A DNA stretch of 64,000 nt. Origin: Candidatus Eiseniibacteriota bacterium (GTDB lineage Bacteria; Eisenbacteria; RBG-16-71-46; CAVPCR01). Of the stretch, positions 63,205-64,000 are shown one piece after another; position 1 is the stretch's first letter; every line of letters begins with the position of its first letter. A model generated the notes under the pieces. That model was not told the origin of the DNA. It saw only the letters and a list, made by a program, of their open reading frames with translations, and ran no database searches. The stretch lies in NCBI GenBank assembly GCA_963702435.1, contig CAVPCR010000003.1, positions 438,599 to 502,598 on the forward strand. The letters run 5' to 3'. A program made the translations under genes and the position numbers.

Positions 63205-64000
63205 CACGCCCAGCCCGACGATCACAGCGAGTCGCTCAGGTCCGCGGTGCACCGCGAACGCCTGCGCGCGCAGGTCCTCCCGGCCAACAGAATGGGCAAC
63301 CAGCTGGGCTACGACACAGCCCCGACCCCGAGATCGCCCACCGCATGGCCGTCCCCGCCGCCGACCCTCCCCCGGACTGCATACTGCGGCCGGCCGTGGC
63401 GCTTCCGTGGACTTTGTCAGCGGTGGGGCGGGAGCGCGTCGGCGGAGGGCGAGGTTCGCCGTCATGGCACACCCGCGGTCGCCTCGGCGGGCTCCCCATA
63501 CCCCCCGACGCATTGACCGCCGAACTGAGGCGTGCCTAACGTGGTGGTCACGGGAGCCCAGTCGTCCACGCGGCGGGGCCAGCCCGGGTTTCCGAGGCCC
63601 CGCAGCGCACATCCCCCGTCGCGCGGCGGGGCCCTCCCTCCCCCCGGCCGGCCGGCACCTGGATTGTCCTCGCGGAAAATCCCCCTTTCGACCTTTCGGG
63701 GCACCGCCGACCGACGGTAGCCTTGCGCACCTGAGAGGCCCCACCTGGGGCGGGGAACACCCAGGGGGGCCTCTCTGCGGTGCGGCCCAGGGTCACGGGC
63801 AGCGAGAGCGGACACCCACTAAAAGAGGGGGCGGCCGCCGGCGAAAAAAAAAAAATGGCCTACCTCCCGCACCGGCATCGACGTCCCGGGTGTCGAGTGG
63901 TTGACGTGAGGGGACCCCCGCGGGGGAAATGGGCCGAGGCGGGGGTCACCCGGAGAAGCCCGGGCCGGCAATGACCCAGGACGGGCCCCCTTCGGTGCAT

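Noticed and set aside
63500..64000. Terminal region with an A12 run and many G/C runs
   Set aside because: No coherent ORF or RNA structure; it looks like degraded read-end sequence.

Overview
Positions 1 to about 58,445 are a GC-rich chromosomal segment of a diderm bacterium. It carries a persulfide dioxygenase/rhodanese fusion, DUF2207, hemerythrin, DUF302 and DMT genes, three tRNAs (Asp, Leu, Cys) and a complete group II intron with its RT/maturase. It also carries a peptidoglycan-recycling cluster (murQ, TPR gene, anmK, SpoIID), degQ, a frameshifted dnaK, a sigma-54 activator, moaA-moaC-mogA-moeA, class II RNR nrdJ, a reduced nuoA-E-H-J-K-L-M-N cluster, thrS and an IorAB-like molybdoenzyme. 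The segment ends with an ECF sigma factor plus Ser/Thr kinase and a TonB receptor/periplasmic binding protein/hybrid kinase/two GGDEF-EAL signalling operon. At about 58,445 two genes are fused mid-ORF, and the rest looks actinobacterial (fasciclin lipoprotein, LdtMt-type L,D-transpeptidase) with a noisy tail, which suggests a chimeric join. The most interesting items are: (1) the group II intron sits on the start codon of a probably leaderless gene and supplies a replacement ATG; (2) a HisB-fold protein lacking its catalytic histidines is fused to a long R/E-rich repeat tail; (3) an unannotated membrane peptide has an in-frame UGA followed by a hairpin (possible selenocysteine/readthrough); (4) dnaK has a sigma-54 promoter with candidate enhancer sites next to an activator lacking a sensor domain; (5) a Rex-boxed complex I cluster lacks nuoB/C/D/F/G/I. 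All family assignments come from motif recognition by eye; no database searches were run.
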